From Paecilomyces variotii (taxonomy: Eukaryota), in assembly GCA_004022145.1 (NCBI GenBank), contig RCNU01000006.1: DNA of 64,000 nucleotides. One strand, given 5' to 3'. The notes beneath the pieces are model-generated. The model was given only the letters and a program-made list of their open reading frames with translations. It ran no database searches and was not told where the DNA came from. The position numbers and the translations under genes are program-made. Positions 1 through 11,797 of this stretch are shown piece after piece; position 1 is the first letter of the stretch, and each line of letters starts with the position of its first letter.

Positions 1-1
1 G

Positions 2-838
2 CATCTGCGCGCGAGAATCGGAACGAGATTAATAGCCGAACAGCACCTGGCTCTGCATTTCGCGTCTCAACCCATCAGTGATGAAGACCCCAACCCGCCG
101 CCTGAGAGGAGGGAGTCGGTGCCTTCTAACTATATTGGTGTCATCGACACTGCTCTTCGTCCCGAACGGATCATCAGATCTTGCGAGGACTTCGTAGGAG
201 AGATCTGCGAACTGAGATACGGTGTCCGACCGAAACTTGTCATCGACGGACAACCAGAAGCCAGCTTTGCGCATGTTCCCGTGCATATCGAATACATCAT
301 CACGGAACTGTTGAAAAACGCTTTCCGTGCTACGATCGAATCAGGTAATGACCGGGAACCTATCGAGGTAACCATTGCCGCGGCACCAGATGTACCAGGA
401 GCGCATGTTCGGGAGATGTCCGAAACCGGCAAAGATAGCAGCAGTGAGGCGGGTTTGAGATTCAGTAAATCTGACGGTGCGGATGATCCCATCGCTCACG
501 AAGCGATTAAGCTTTCTCGTCCCTCGTCCCAGAGCATTACTATTAGACTCCGGGATCGCGGTGGTGGAATCCCCCCGGAAGTCCTGCCGCATATATGGTC
601 ATATAGCTTCACGACTTTTTCGGAGGATGACCTCCCGGGTTCGGAGAATGGTAATCTCGACGCGCTGAACACCATCTCTGGCGCTGGTGGTAATGGTAGC
701 AGCATTGCTGGACTCGGATATGGATTGCCGTTGAGCAGAGCGTATGCGGAGTACTTTGGTGGAGGCATCGCTGTGCAGAGTCTATGGGGCTGGGGCACAG
801 ATGTCTACCTTACCTTACAGGGTGTTGGGAAGATCTAA
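2..838 (+). CDS. Mitochondrial pyruvate dehydrogenase kinase / branched-chain ketoacid dehydrogenase kinase family protein (3' part; begins before the window)
   Basis: Frame open from base 2: HLRARIGTRLIAEQHLAL, then GHKL ATPase boxes ELLKNAFRA, IRLRDRGGGI, WSYSFTT and AGLGYGLPLSRAYAEYFGG...GWGTDVYLTL; stop TAA at 836-838. Confidence 0.9.
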   Translation, partial: HLRARIGTRLIAEQHLALHFASQPISDEDPNPPPERRESVPSNYIGVIDTALRPERIIRSCEDFVGEICELRYGVRPKLVIDGQPEASFAHVPVHIEYIITELLKNAFRATIESGNDREPIEVTIAAAPDVPGAHVREMSETGKDSSSEAGLRFSKSDGADDPIAHEAIKLSRPSSQSITIRLRDRGGGIPPEVLPHIWSYSFTTFSEDDLPGSENGNLDALNTISGAGGNGSSIAGLGYGLPLSRAYAEYFGGGIAVQSLWGWGTDVYLTLQGVGKI

Positions 839-1146
839 TCAGCGATATTCCTATAATGCTTATAATCTCTAGGAACATATGAGTTACCTAGGCGGGCCCT
901 TTTTCCCGATAGGGGGGAGAAGATAAAAAGTCTCCGGCACCCTCCTAGTATAATCATGCCAAAGAAATGAATCATACATCCATTACGGTCGTCATTCATA
1001 ATACAGTAAAGAACCTAATAGTTATACATACATGATAACATCACAATCATGAGTCATACAGAACCTTTCATCCCCATAACTAGAGAGAAGATCAAAATCA
1101 CCAGCACACCCCCCCCTCAATTTGATATTGATATACCTGCAACATT

Positions 1147-3504
1147 TCAAAACCCCCCTGCACCCTGCACCCTCTTAATCGCACCAATGACACCCTTAGC
1201 CCAACTAAACCGTCCTGGATCCCTCCCGATTGAATTCGTCGCAAGTTCCCCCGTGACGGGATCATGCCAGCATCCATCTTCTGGACTGGCGAGGCCGTAC
1301 GTTGCGGTGTTTTGGTTCCGATTAATCTGATCGAGCCAGTCGCGGCAGATTAAGGGTGAATCGAGCAGCAGGTTGACTTCTTGACTATGGTAGAAGGATT
1401 GGGTGTCGAGGTTGCCGTTTCCTAGGATGGGTTCGTTAGTGATTATTGTTTGCTTGGTTTGGTCTGGTTTGGATTCGGGGTATAGTAGGTAGGTAAAATT
1501 CTGGCGGTAGTAATGGGAAGAATAACATACCTTGAATAGCAACTTTCTCGTCAATAATCATGAGTTTAACATGACAACTCCTGCTCTTGAAGCTATTATG
1601 GATTGGTTTTGTCTGGTCTTTTCCGACGTAGTAGTGGATTCGAAGACGGGAGCGCTCTTCGTCCGTTTTGAGAGATCTGTAAAGTCGATCCGCGATCATT
1701 TCGTTCGTTCCGTTCTGGAAGGGAAGGAGTTCGCCGGCGTCATTGTATCCTAGACATAGGTAGACGGTGACGATGACACCACGCCGGACTGCATCGACAA
1801 GCGGGTTGAGGATCGGCTCGGCGTTCATGTTGGGTGTTTGGATGAAAATGGAGCGGCGCGCGTTGGTGATGGCGGAGAGGAAGGCGGCGTTTTGGGGGGT
1901 GTGGACGCTGGAGTGGTTGGGTGCTGTGGACTGAATGTTAGGTTGTTCTGTTCTGTGCTTGGGAGGGCAGACGAAGGGAAATTGGAACTTACCACCCCAA
2001 GGTTCGCGGTTGACCATGGCCATGGGGAAGGGGTCGTGGGATTTGTGCTGGACGTAGATTCTCATGGGGACTTCTTGGTCGGAATCAGGAGCATCGCCCT
2101 TGGCGTTTGGTTGGATGGTGGTGTCTGGGTTAAGTTAGTATGTATTGAGCAGTGTCAGAAAGAAATGAAAAAATGTGTACATACTTAAGTGACGAGTGAC
2201 GGCTTGCGTTCTCGTTTCGCCCGGTCTAGGCTCGACTGTGCCGTTGACTCTCTTTGCTTCAGAACTGATATCAGGGTCGTAATGAGGATCTTTCGTGGTA
2301 TGCTCGGGCAAAGGCCCTGTCTGTTCTGTTTCTGACCCCGTGTACGTCTGCTGTCCAAAGCTGGGAATTTTGGCATCTGATGCTGGGAAACCAAACATCG
2401 GAAGGGGAGGGTTGAGGGTTTTGTGCCAGGAGATGAGAGCCATATCGTAGAATGAGTCCACAATGGGCCCTTCGACACGGATCATCATCTCCAGATTGTC
2501 GTTGTCCTGAATATTGCTGCTTTGCAGAAGTGCCACTCTGCGATCGATGATGACGAACTTGCAATGGAACGTACCAAGCATAGGACGATGGTAATTGATG
2601 AGTTCAAGGTCGATGTTTGGTATCTCTTCTGGCGGAGGAAGCTTTACTTTGGCGCTGGTGTATTCCTCTGCGGACACGCGTTGGTGATTGTCGTATACCT
2701 TTTATGCTGTCAGCTCGCGACATCCTGTACTGACAGTTGTCTTCAAGAATTACCTGTTTGAGGTTACCTCGATCGTAGAGCATCTTGACAACGACCCTGG
2801 TTCCTCGCTGGCCTGCTCTTCTTGACAATTCTCGAAAGGCGTCGGTCACAAGTGTCGAAGCGTCTGAGTAGATCCAGAAGTTTGTCCCCAGGAATATCTC
2901 CTTCTCAGCACGGACAATGCAGTTCGAAATATGGCGACAGAGATCGGGCAACGGTCCGATAATGGTTAAGGGAACAACCCCTCTGCTCCCCATCAGCGAT
3001 GGAGAAACTACCCCGGCTAAAGGGTTCTTTTCCAGGGTACATAATGCGTCGTGGTATATCTGCGACAGTTAATAAATGGTGCTCATTGCAAATGTTCTCT
3101 TGATCGCAGCTGACCTTCAGGAAGAGATCACTTGGCCGCGAGGGACCCCATATGCCACACTCATAGGCTCTTTCCAAGGCATTGTCTTTATCTGCGACGT
3201 CCTTGATGGGACCCGCGATATCTTCTTTGACAGCTTCATCGTGGTGGAAAAGCCTGTGTGCGATGCGCCCAGGAGACTCGTCGGGATGGTCCTCCAGTTC
3301 GGACGTGACGTTTTTATTGCTGTGGCATAAATCATAGACGCGAGGCGGAATATTATCGCATCGAGTATGGTTGACGCTCTTCGGTTGACGAGCTATGCAA
3401 ACCATGATGGCTCCCACGATGGCAGAAGAGAGCAAGGCTGAAACTTTCAGGACAGAACTGGGTATGCCGTCGTCTGCGACGTGCAAGTCAAGTAACTTGT
3501 CCAT
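1147..3504 (-). CDS. Phospholipase D superfamily protein with two HKD motifs (cardiolipin synthase/PLD-like), multi-exon; start uncertain (ATG 3504 or 3405)
   Basis: HKD motifs FHCKFVIIDRR...SSNI and SCHVKLMIIDEK...GNGNLD lie in successive minus-strand ORFs joined by GT-AG introns; also ARRSIFIQTPN; ends GAGGF*. Confidence 0.85.
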
Positions 3505-5217
3505 CACTTAAGTGTCAAAGAGGGTTATCAAGACAGTGAATAATAAACTCACGGCAAGCAAGACGACATCAGGTCCATGGATGGGTTTCTTGTGGATTCC
3601 AGGGCGATGACGCCAGCATCTACTTAGCTCACACGGAACTCGATCATGATCTCCGGTTAATAATGGTAATAATGTTGGAGCTCGAAGATAATAATGATAA
3701 TCGGCTGCTTTGGTTACGTTTTAGCCACTGCACCAACGTCATAGTCCCGGATCGCCAGCCAAGCTTTGGACTAAAAGTTGTTATTTACTGTATTGGTTAA
3801 TTACCCGCAAATCCTGGGGTTCAGCTTACCACGAATAAATATTGAGGGAAAAAGACTTACGTATGTCACTTCCAGGTCGCTATAACTATATATAGATAAA
3901 TGCACAGAAGGAAAAAGAAAAAAAAAGAACCATCGCCATGCTTTCTTTGTTTCTCAGGATTTCCGTTAAGAGACAAATATTATGAGTTTAACCACCAGGC
4001 TCTAGAGTCAAGCAAGCAGCTAGCTGTATGCTATATGACCTAAGTTTTCCCTCTGAAGGAAACGAATCGATTTGGGTTGACTGATGCTGCGTTGTGGATA
4101 GAGAGACTACAATTTTAGCTTCAGGCATAGAATAGTCTAGGCGTGGTCAGTATGCTAAGTCACGCCGGGCGCACCACCAGTCAACTAACTATCTTCCAAG
4201 GCCTCAAACTGTCAAGTATGAAAGTACAGACCTCGTCGTTCTTGTCTAGTGTAGGGAGAAATACTTCATCCCCCGCGTCCCCGGCCGTAGATACCCATCA
4301 ATGGCGGAGAAACAACGACGCAGGTATTCGATTGTAAATACTACTGAGTATCAGGAGATCCTAGAGTATGCATAATATCGGAAGTCTAGACGACTCGACC
4401 AAAAAGGAGAACTCCTTAGAGGTCTGGTCCTAGCTGGATCTAACACATAGTTAACTACTACTTCGTATGTGTCTCTCGGCAGTGTGGGACCGACCTCTAC
4501 CGGTGGTTTGGGGTTATCGCGATCGTGCTCTAGATATTATCACGCAATCCTCGTGTCATTTAATACATAGGCACCTTATACCTTAACTCGACTTGATGTG
4601 ATGTTTTATTTGACAGAAATGTTGGCTTTATCATTATTTTGTATACAGAATCAATTATATCTTATTGTTGACTTGAATAATATTTTCCAGAAGTCTCAAG
4701 TCCCAGACAAGTATCTGTGAGGAGAACAGGGCATAACAGTTGCGAGCCCTGTAAGTCGGCGCATCTTGATCTAGACAATCCGTAGAAGAAGTATCCTCAT
4801 ACGGTAACAGTCCTCGCCACAACATACCTCGAAATAATCAACTCTCATATATATATTAGACAAACTATGCCCTGGATTATGAATTTCTGGTTATATTTCT
4901 GTATACCTCAGCAAATAAGAAGTGACAGCTTATTGCATTCCCGATACACAAGCCGACACCCCGCAGTTGCGTGTGAATTCCCCGCGATAACAATCACCCG
5001 AGGGGACCCGGACACACGCCGATGTCTTTGTTGATGAGCTGCTCCGGGGAGTTGTCCGAGCTCTTTAAACCCTCGATCTCTCCTTGACGGCCCCAACTTC
5101 TCGTTGTCAATTTCCCACCTTTATTGATCTCTTCAATAGACTCCAAAGGAGCGCAAATTATACCCATTCGACTTAGAATCCAACTCGTGACGGATTGCGG
5201 TCACAGACCAATCCAAG

Positions 5218-7244
5218 ATGTATGCATAGATCTACTACTTGAAACTCGCGACGGTTCGTCTGCGCTCTTTGCTAACGCTGAACAACTATATAGGGTCTAT
5301 ACAGCTTCGTTCGCCTTCTTTGAGGCGCTCTGGGAGGTACAGTACATACATATGTGAATCCAACTGTCGAGTCTACCCATACTGACAAGAACAGGCCGGC
5401 ATAACGCATGTCTTCGCAAACCTGGGATCTGACCACCCATCGATCCTCGAGGCGATGGTGAAGGGCCAGAATGAGCGCAAGGACCAGTTCCCTAAAATCA
5501 TCACTTGTCCAAATGAGGTGAGCATAAGCTCGCGGGTAGCGTCGGCGTCCATGATCCATCCAAGCTAACCCGCATTTTTACCCCGTCTCGGTAGATGGTC
5601 GCTCTCTCCATGGCCGATGGCTACGCCCGTCTTACGGGAAAACCCCAGTGCGTGATCGTCCATGTCGATGTAGGAACACAGGGTCTCGCTGCCGCAGTTC
5701 ACAATGCCTCGATGGGCCGCGCACCAGTCTTGATCTTTGCCGGCTTGTCCCCGTTCACTATTGAAGGGGAAATGCGGGGCTCCCGCACGGAATACATCCA
5801 CTGGATCCAAGATGTCCGCGATCAGAAACAGATTGTGGCGCAATACTGTCGCTATACGGGAGAGATCAAGACGGGCAAGAATGTCAAGCAGATGGTCAAT
5901 CGTGCCTTGCAGTTTGCGACGAGTGACCCCCAGGGGCCCGTATACTTGGTGGGCGCCCGAGAGGTAATGGAGGAGGATATTGAGCCTTACACGATTGACC
6001 GGACTGTATGGGGACCTGTTGGTCCGTCTGCACTTCCACCTCAGGGGGTCGAGCAGATTGCACGTGAACTCGTTGCCGCGAAGGAACCGTTGGCCATCGT
6101 CGGTTATACGGGTCGATCCAGCAGCGCTGTGAAGGAGTTGGTCACCCTCACTAACACAGTCAGGGGCCTTCGTGTCCTCGACACCGGTGGAAGCGACATG
6201 TGCTTCCCAGCAGATCACCCTGCATCTCTGGGGTTGCGCTATGGTATCCACGATGCCATCAAGACTGCCGACTTCATTCTTGTTGTCGACTGTGATGTGC
6301 CATGGATCCCAACCCTGTGCAAGCCAAAGGACAGCGCCAAGATAATTCACATTGATGTGGATCCTTTGAAGCAGATGATGCCCGTCTTTTATATTCCCGC
6401 CATAGCCACCTTCAAGGCGGACTCGACGGTAGCGTTTAAGCAGCTCCACGAGTATATTTCTTCCCATCCGACTTTGTCACAGGCGGTCAGTAGCGCCGAA
6501 TTTGCCTCGCGCGGACAACGTCTGGAGGAAGAGCACCGACAACGGCAGCAAGAGATTGCTGCGTTGGCTGCTGTGCCGTCGGGCGGCGACTACGCATCTA
6601 TAAATGTGTCATATGTGACCTCGCAGCTCCGCCAGGCGTGTCCTGCGGATACTATCTGGGCCATCGAAGCTGTAACCCTAACCGCATTTGTCTCTGACCA
6701 GATTGGTGCTACCATCCCTAATTCCTTCATCAACTGCGGAGGTGGTGGTCTTGGTTGGTCCGGCGGTGGTGCACTGGGCATCAAGCTGGCCACTGATGAA
6801 CAGCATGGCGGTAACAACAAGGGGAAGTTTGTGTGCCAGATTGTTGGAGACGGCACCTACCTCTTCTCTGTGCCCGGATCTGTCTACTGGATTTCCAGAC
6901 GCTATAACATTCCCATCCTGACCATCGTGCTGAACAACAAGGGCTGGAACGCTCCCCGGAAGAGTATGCTGCTCGTCCACCCCGACGGCGATGCGTCGCG
7001 GGCCACCAACGAGGAGCTCAACATCTCCTTCGCCCCGACGCCAGACTATGCCGGTATTGCCAAGGCGGCGGCTGGTGGAGAGATCTGGGCCGGCCGGGCG
7101 AGTACGGTCAAGACTCTGGCGGAACTGCTGCCCCAGGCCATTGAGAGCGTCCGCCAGGGGACGAGTGCTGTGTTGGAAGCGCAGCTCGATGGTACAGATG
7201 GTAAATACGTTGAGAAGCTCCCTAAGCGGCCCCGTAGCCCATAG
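5218..7244 (+). CDS. Thiamine-pyrophosphate-dependent enzyme (acetolactate synthase-like / decarboxylase family), 4 exons
   Basis: Spliced N-terminus MVYTASFAFFEALWEAGITHVFANLGSDHP...CPNEMVALSMADGYAR; TPP-binding motif VGDGTYLF...VLNNKGW. Introns 5220-5293, 5337-5394, 5518-5594. Confidence 0.9.
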
Positions 7245-8003
7245 AGATGCAGATGATGACTTGTCATGCTCCGCAGACTTGTCAACTATAGGTACATATA
7301 TATATAACTTCCATTATATACGTCGACGGTGTAATCCCATAGTGTAACTAACCATGTCACCCAATGGAACAATGGAACAATGGAACACGGAGAATGATCA
7401 TTACATGCCAATGCAACAATGATCACTTGTGACCCTCTATTAATATTACCCTACTCCCTCCTCGTATCTCTCATTGATCAACTGCGCCGAATCGATTTGT
7501 AAGAAGAACGCGGGATGGCGGCACCCCAGCCCTTATCGATAAGGGCACGGCCATTAAGTACCCCCGGCGATAGCCATTTCTATGCGCGCAGTGTGATTGA
7601 GAGCTGCCGCTTCGTGGACGATTGAATAATAATAATAATAATAATATCGCCAATAACCCTCTGCAGCTTCTGTTAGTTACATCATGTTTCTATATTTTAT
7701 CACCATATATTACCATATAGTTATACATCGAAAGGCTGCCAAGCTGGATAGCATCGGCGCGATTGACCCCGCGCGCGCCATGTAATCAGAATACTGGGCA
7801 AGTGACTCAAGAATGGCAAAAATGCTGTCTCTACTCTGAACCTCGCCCCCTCCCATCCATTCATTCATTTATTCATTCATTGCGCCCAGATCCAGACCAG
7901 GCCCTTATTGTTGCGACTTGATCAACTGCGGATACCTATTCTTGCTTCTAATTCCTTTTTCTTTTTTCCCTTTTACTTATATTTCTCCGCCCTTGCCTTC
8001 ACG

Positions 8004-10052
8004 ATGAGTCCTCCCGCTCCGCTCGACATTGATGTGAAGGCCGACTCTGATACGACCACCGTGGTCGTGCCCGATCCGCTCACCGTCACGGGCGTCGCGG
8101 CATGGAGATTGCAGGCCGCCAAGGTGCCTACAGGGACGGCCGCTGCGGCCAGCAGTGATATGTTCAAGAGTCCTGTAAGGCGTCTTGTCTCCATGGCGCT
8201 TGAGCGCTATAGCAGTCAATTAGCTTGCGTCGCGCTGCATTGTCGCCTCGCCGTATCGACAGACTGACGGAAATGGTTGTGTGTTTTAGGGTTGCTACAA
8301 GAAGCCAAAGGCGAAGAAATGGGATCGTGAGTCTTTCGTCCCTCTGTTTTCGAAATTTGATCGCAATTGCGATAGCTAATGTGTATTGGCTTTTTGCTGT
8401 AGACTTGCTTTCCGAGGAGGCCAAGCTGAAGCAGGTCAGTTAAGTTGTCTATGATGGCGGGAATATAAATTAGATGGAGTCACGTTCAGAGTTGACGCTT
8501 TGTATAACCAGCCTTCGACTCTCAAAGGCGCTGCGAAGTACCTTAAGAAGCCGGGAATGATCTCTCTGGGAGGAGGTCTTCCTTCGGCTGAACATTTCCC
8601 GATAGAACATATCGAGATCAAAGTTCCGACGCCGCCGCACTTTTCGGAGGAGGAGACTCGGACGACTGGATCGATTGCCCATGCTGGAAAGCACGATGTT
8701 CGGGAGGGAAAGAGTGTATATGGTGAGAATGGCTGGATAATTGTTCATTTTGGGCGGTTGATTCTGACTCGGGGATGCTAGATCTGGAGGTCGCTCTCAA
8801 CTATGGTCAGGCCATCGGGTCCGGTCCGATGCTGCGTTTTGTGACGGAGCACACTGAGGTACGCACTACGATCTAACAGAGTATGGACATGGAGAACTAA
8901 GTTGAAGATCAGATCGTGCACAACCCACCATATGCCGACTGGCAATGCTGTATGACGCCGGGAAGCACGGCTTCCTGGGATGCGGCGTTGAGGATTTTAT
9001 GTGAGAAAGGTGACTACATTCTCATGGAGGAATACACCTTTTCAAGCGCTCTCGAGACGGCTCTACCGCATGGCATCAAAGCAGTGGGTGTCAAGATGGA
9101 CGAGGAAGGTCTTCTTCCGGAATCTCTGGACGAGATATTGACGAACTGGGACGAGAAGGCCAGAGGCGCTCGCAGACCGCATCTCCTCTATACCGTGCCA
9201 TCGGGACAGAACCCAACTGGCGCTACTCAGTCTCTCGAGCGGCGCAAGGCTGTGTACAAGGTTGCGCAGAAGCACGATGTTTACATCGTCGAGGATGAGC
9301 CTTACTACTTCCTCCAGATGCAGCCGTACACGGGAGCAGACGGACCTGAGGTGCCTCCGCCAGCTACCCACGAGGACTTCCTCAAGGCTCTGATTCCGTC
9401 GTTCCTGAGCCTGGACGTCGACGGACGTGTCCTGCGTTTCGAATCCTTCTCGAAGGTCATCGCTCCTGGTTCCAGAGTTGGCTGGATTGTTGCCTCTGAG
9501 CAGGTCGTGGAGAGATTCGTGAGACACTTTGAGACCTCTACCCAGAATCCCAGCGGTATTTCCCAAATCGTCCTGTTCAAGCTGCTGGAGGAGCAATGGG
9601 GACACGGCGGCTACCTCGACTGGCTGATCGACCTTCGCATGCAATATACCAAGCGCAGAAACGCCATGTTGCACGCTTGTGAGCAATATCTCCCCAAAGA
9701 AATTGCTAGCTGGATCGCCCCGGCGGCAGGCATGTTTGTAAGTCTCTGCAACCATACATAATTGTGTGACCCGATCTGTATCTAACATTCGCAGCACTGG
9801 GTCGAGGTAGACTGGCGCAAGCACCCTGGACTCACAACGGAAGCATCGCACTCTGATATCGAGGAGTCCATCTTCCAGGCCGCCATTGACAGGGGTGTCC
9901 TCGTCTCTCGCGGCAGCTGGTTCAAGGCCGACCGCAGCGCCGCCGAGGAGAGGATGTTTTTCCGCTCCACCTTCGCAGCTGCGCCTGCGGATAAGATCAC
10001 CGAAGCGATCAAGCGATTCGGTGATGCGCTTAGAGCTGAATTCGGACTGTAG
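8004..10052 (+). CDS. aro8: Aromatic amino acid / 2-aminoadipate aminotransferase (class I/II PLP enzyme), multi-exon
   Basis: MISLGGGLP, LYTVPSGQNPTG, IVEDEPYYFLQM and PLP-lysine region RFESFSKVIAPGSRVGW; C-terminal FFRSTFAAA; several canonical introns. Confidence 0.88.
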
Positions 10053-11797
10053 ATGGCGGTTTCGTGTACATACTCACATTCATAATCGTCTAGTTATTGC
10101 TGCATGGCATAAAAGCGACATGTGGTTTGAACTTTGCATTAAGGAATACGATAGAGGCTTCATTATTAATGCTACACGAGGTTTCTAGTTCTAAGCAGGT
10201 AGTTCTCTCAAATAGAATAATAGTTACGACAACGAATCAAATCGTTCTCTGTATATATCAGTCATTCCTTGCCCCTCGAGATCGCATCATCCATCTCGGA
10301 AGGCGATGTTTCTCCGAACTCCGAAACAGCCGTCACTTATCGTGCTTTAAATAGAGACGCGAACTCGGAGATTATGAAGTAACGTGACCTCGCGTCGGAA
10401 GTCTAATCGGACGTGGCTCGAATCATCATTATTCCCTAGTTCCCTAGCTAGGTACTCGTCAAGATTCAACAGAGGAGAGAAACGGATTGGAGCGATTAAG
10501 TGTGGATTGTATTTGACCAAGGGAGAGGCACTGATCTTTCAGATCGAAGGAGTTCGGTCCGCTGCTTGTTCTTCTTCTTCTTCTTCTTCTTTTGCCGGAG
10601 GGTGTTTTAATTGTTTGTTCTTTCTGTCCGTTTCTCTGGGCTGGACTTGGCGGGACGTTATTCCTGCTCTGTCTGTCTGGCTGTCGTCACTTATCTTCTC
10701 TTCGTCAGGAGGATTCGTGGCTTCGTTGCTAAAAAAAAGTAGAGTGTCGAGGTAGGTTCGATGTTTCGTATTCTGATGGCTGTCGGTGGTTTCTTTCTCT
10801 AGCTTGGTTGCAGGGACTTTGTGACTGCGTCTGTTTTGTACCTTATTAGGCGCGTTTATCCCGTATGTCCTTGGGGGTGGAGTCCTGGAATTTCGCGGAC
10901 TCTGTTGTCTCTTATAGGGAGAGAGTCATCGCGACAGCTTTTGCTTTTGTTATTGAACATCTTTCTCATGCTAGTTCCTGTCACATGGTCAGCGCTAACT
11001 TCAAGTACAGGTTGTCAGTGCAAAGAAGCTGCGCAAACTTAGTATCTTGGTGTTCTGCCTCGTTTCTTCAGAACTTGATCTTTATCACCCAGGAAGATCA
11101 AGCTACGTTGGTCATTGTGATCTTGACAGAAGGAGGCTGCAGAACTATTTGCCTCTGTTATCCAATAGGAGTCTCCTCGCTAGCTGAGCAGCACAACTGC
11201 GCAACAACCAGCTCGTGGAGTACCATCCCTTTGTTCTTACTTTCACGCCCAATCAGCGCATCAAACTTCTCGCTTAACGGTGGCGCTAAAGTAGCGTGCC
11301 GGGACTTAACCGGCTCACTCCATCTAACCACGTTATCACAGAAAGCGTCATTATCACGCCTAGGTCTATACAATAGATAGATCTATTCTCCTTGATCAGG
11401 GACGCAGAGACTGCTCGATCGTATCGAAAAAGGAGGAGGATATAGAGCTGGGCTTTCCGAATCCGCCGATATACATAACCCCTATCCGAACTGCTGGGCA
11501 TAAGACGATATTGTCGAGTCTTCAGATATCGAATCCATTTTGATAGAGCTTCGATCTGAGGCAAACGACCGACTGTGCCAGCCCCTGCCACCGAATTACG
11601 ACGTCTCGCGTTGTTTATGTTCTTCGTAGGTGTTCCTGCTTCTCTTTTGCTCCTCCCTCTTCTCCTTCTCCTCCTCATGTCAAATCCTTTACTTCTCCTG
11701 TCATCGTCCATCCCCTTGGCATGTTCTCTTGCATCTCCAAAGCACTTGGTTTCGTGTCTTCTTGGTCTTGTTCCATTAAGGAGGCGTTTTTTTGAAA

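Noticed and set aside
4900-5600. TPP riboswitch in the introns or 5' UTR of the TPP enzyme
   Set aside because: No CTGAGA / CCTGAT...GATAAT...CG(A/T)AGG aptamer core visible.
5565-6467. Long antisense ORFs (also 9063-9851, 44698-45432, 51693-52565, 50126-50749)
   Set aside because: Shadows of codon-biased genes on the opposite strand; no recognisable motifs.
10384-11790. Several short ORFs upstream of the kinase
   Set aside because: No protein motifs; composition fits promoter/5' UTR sequence.
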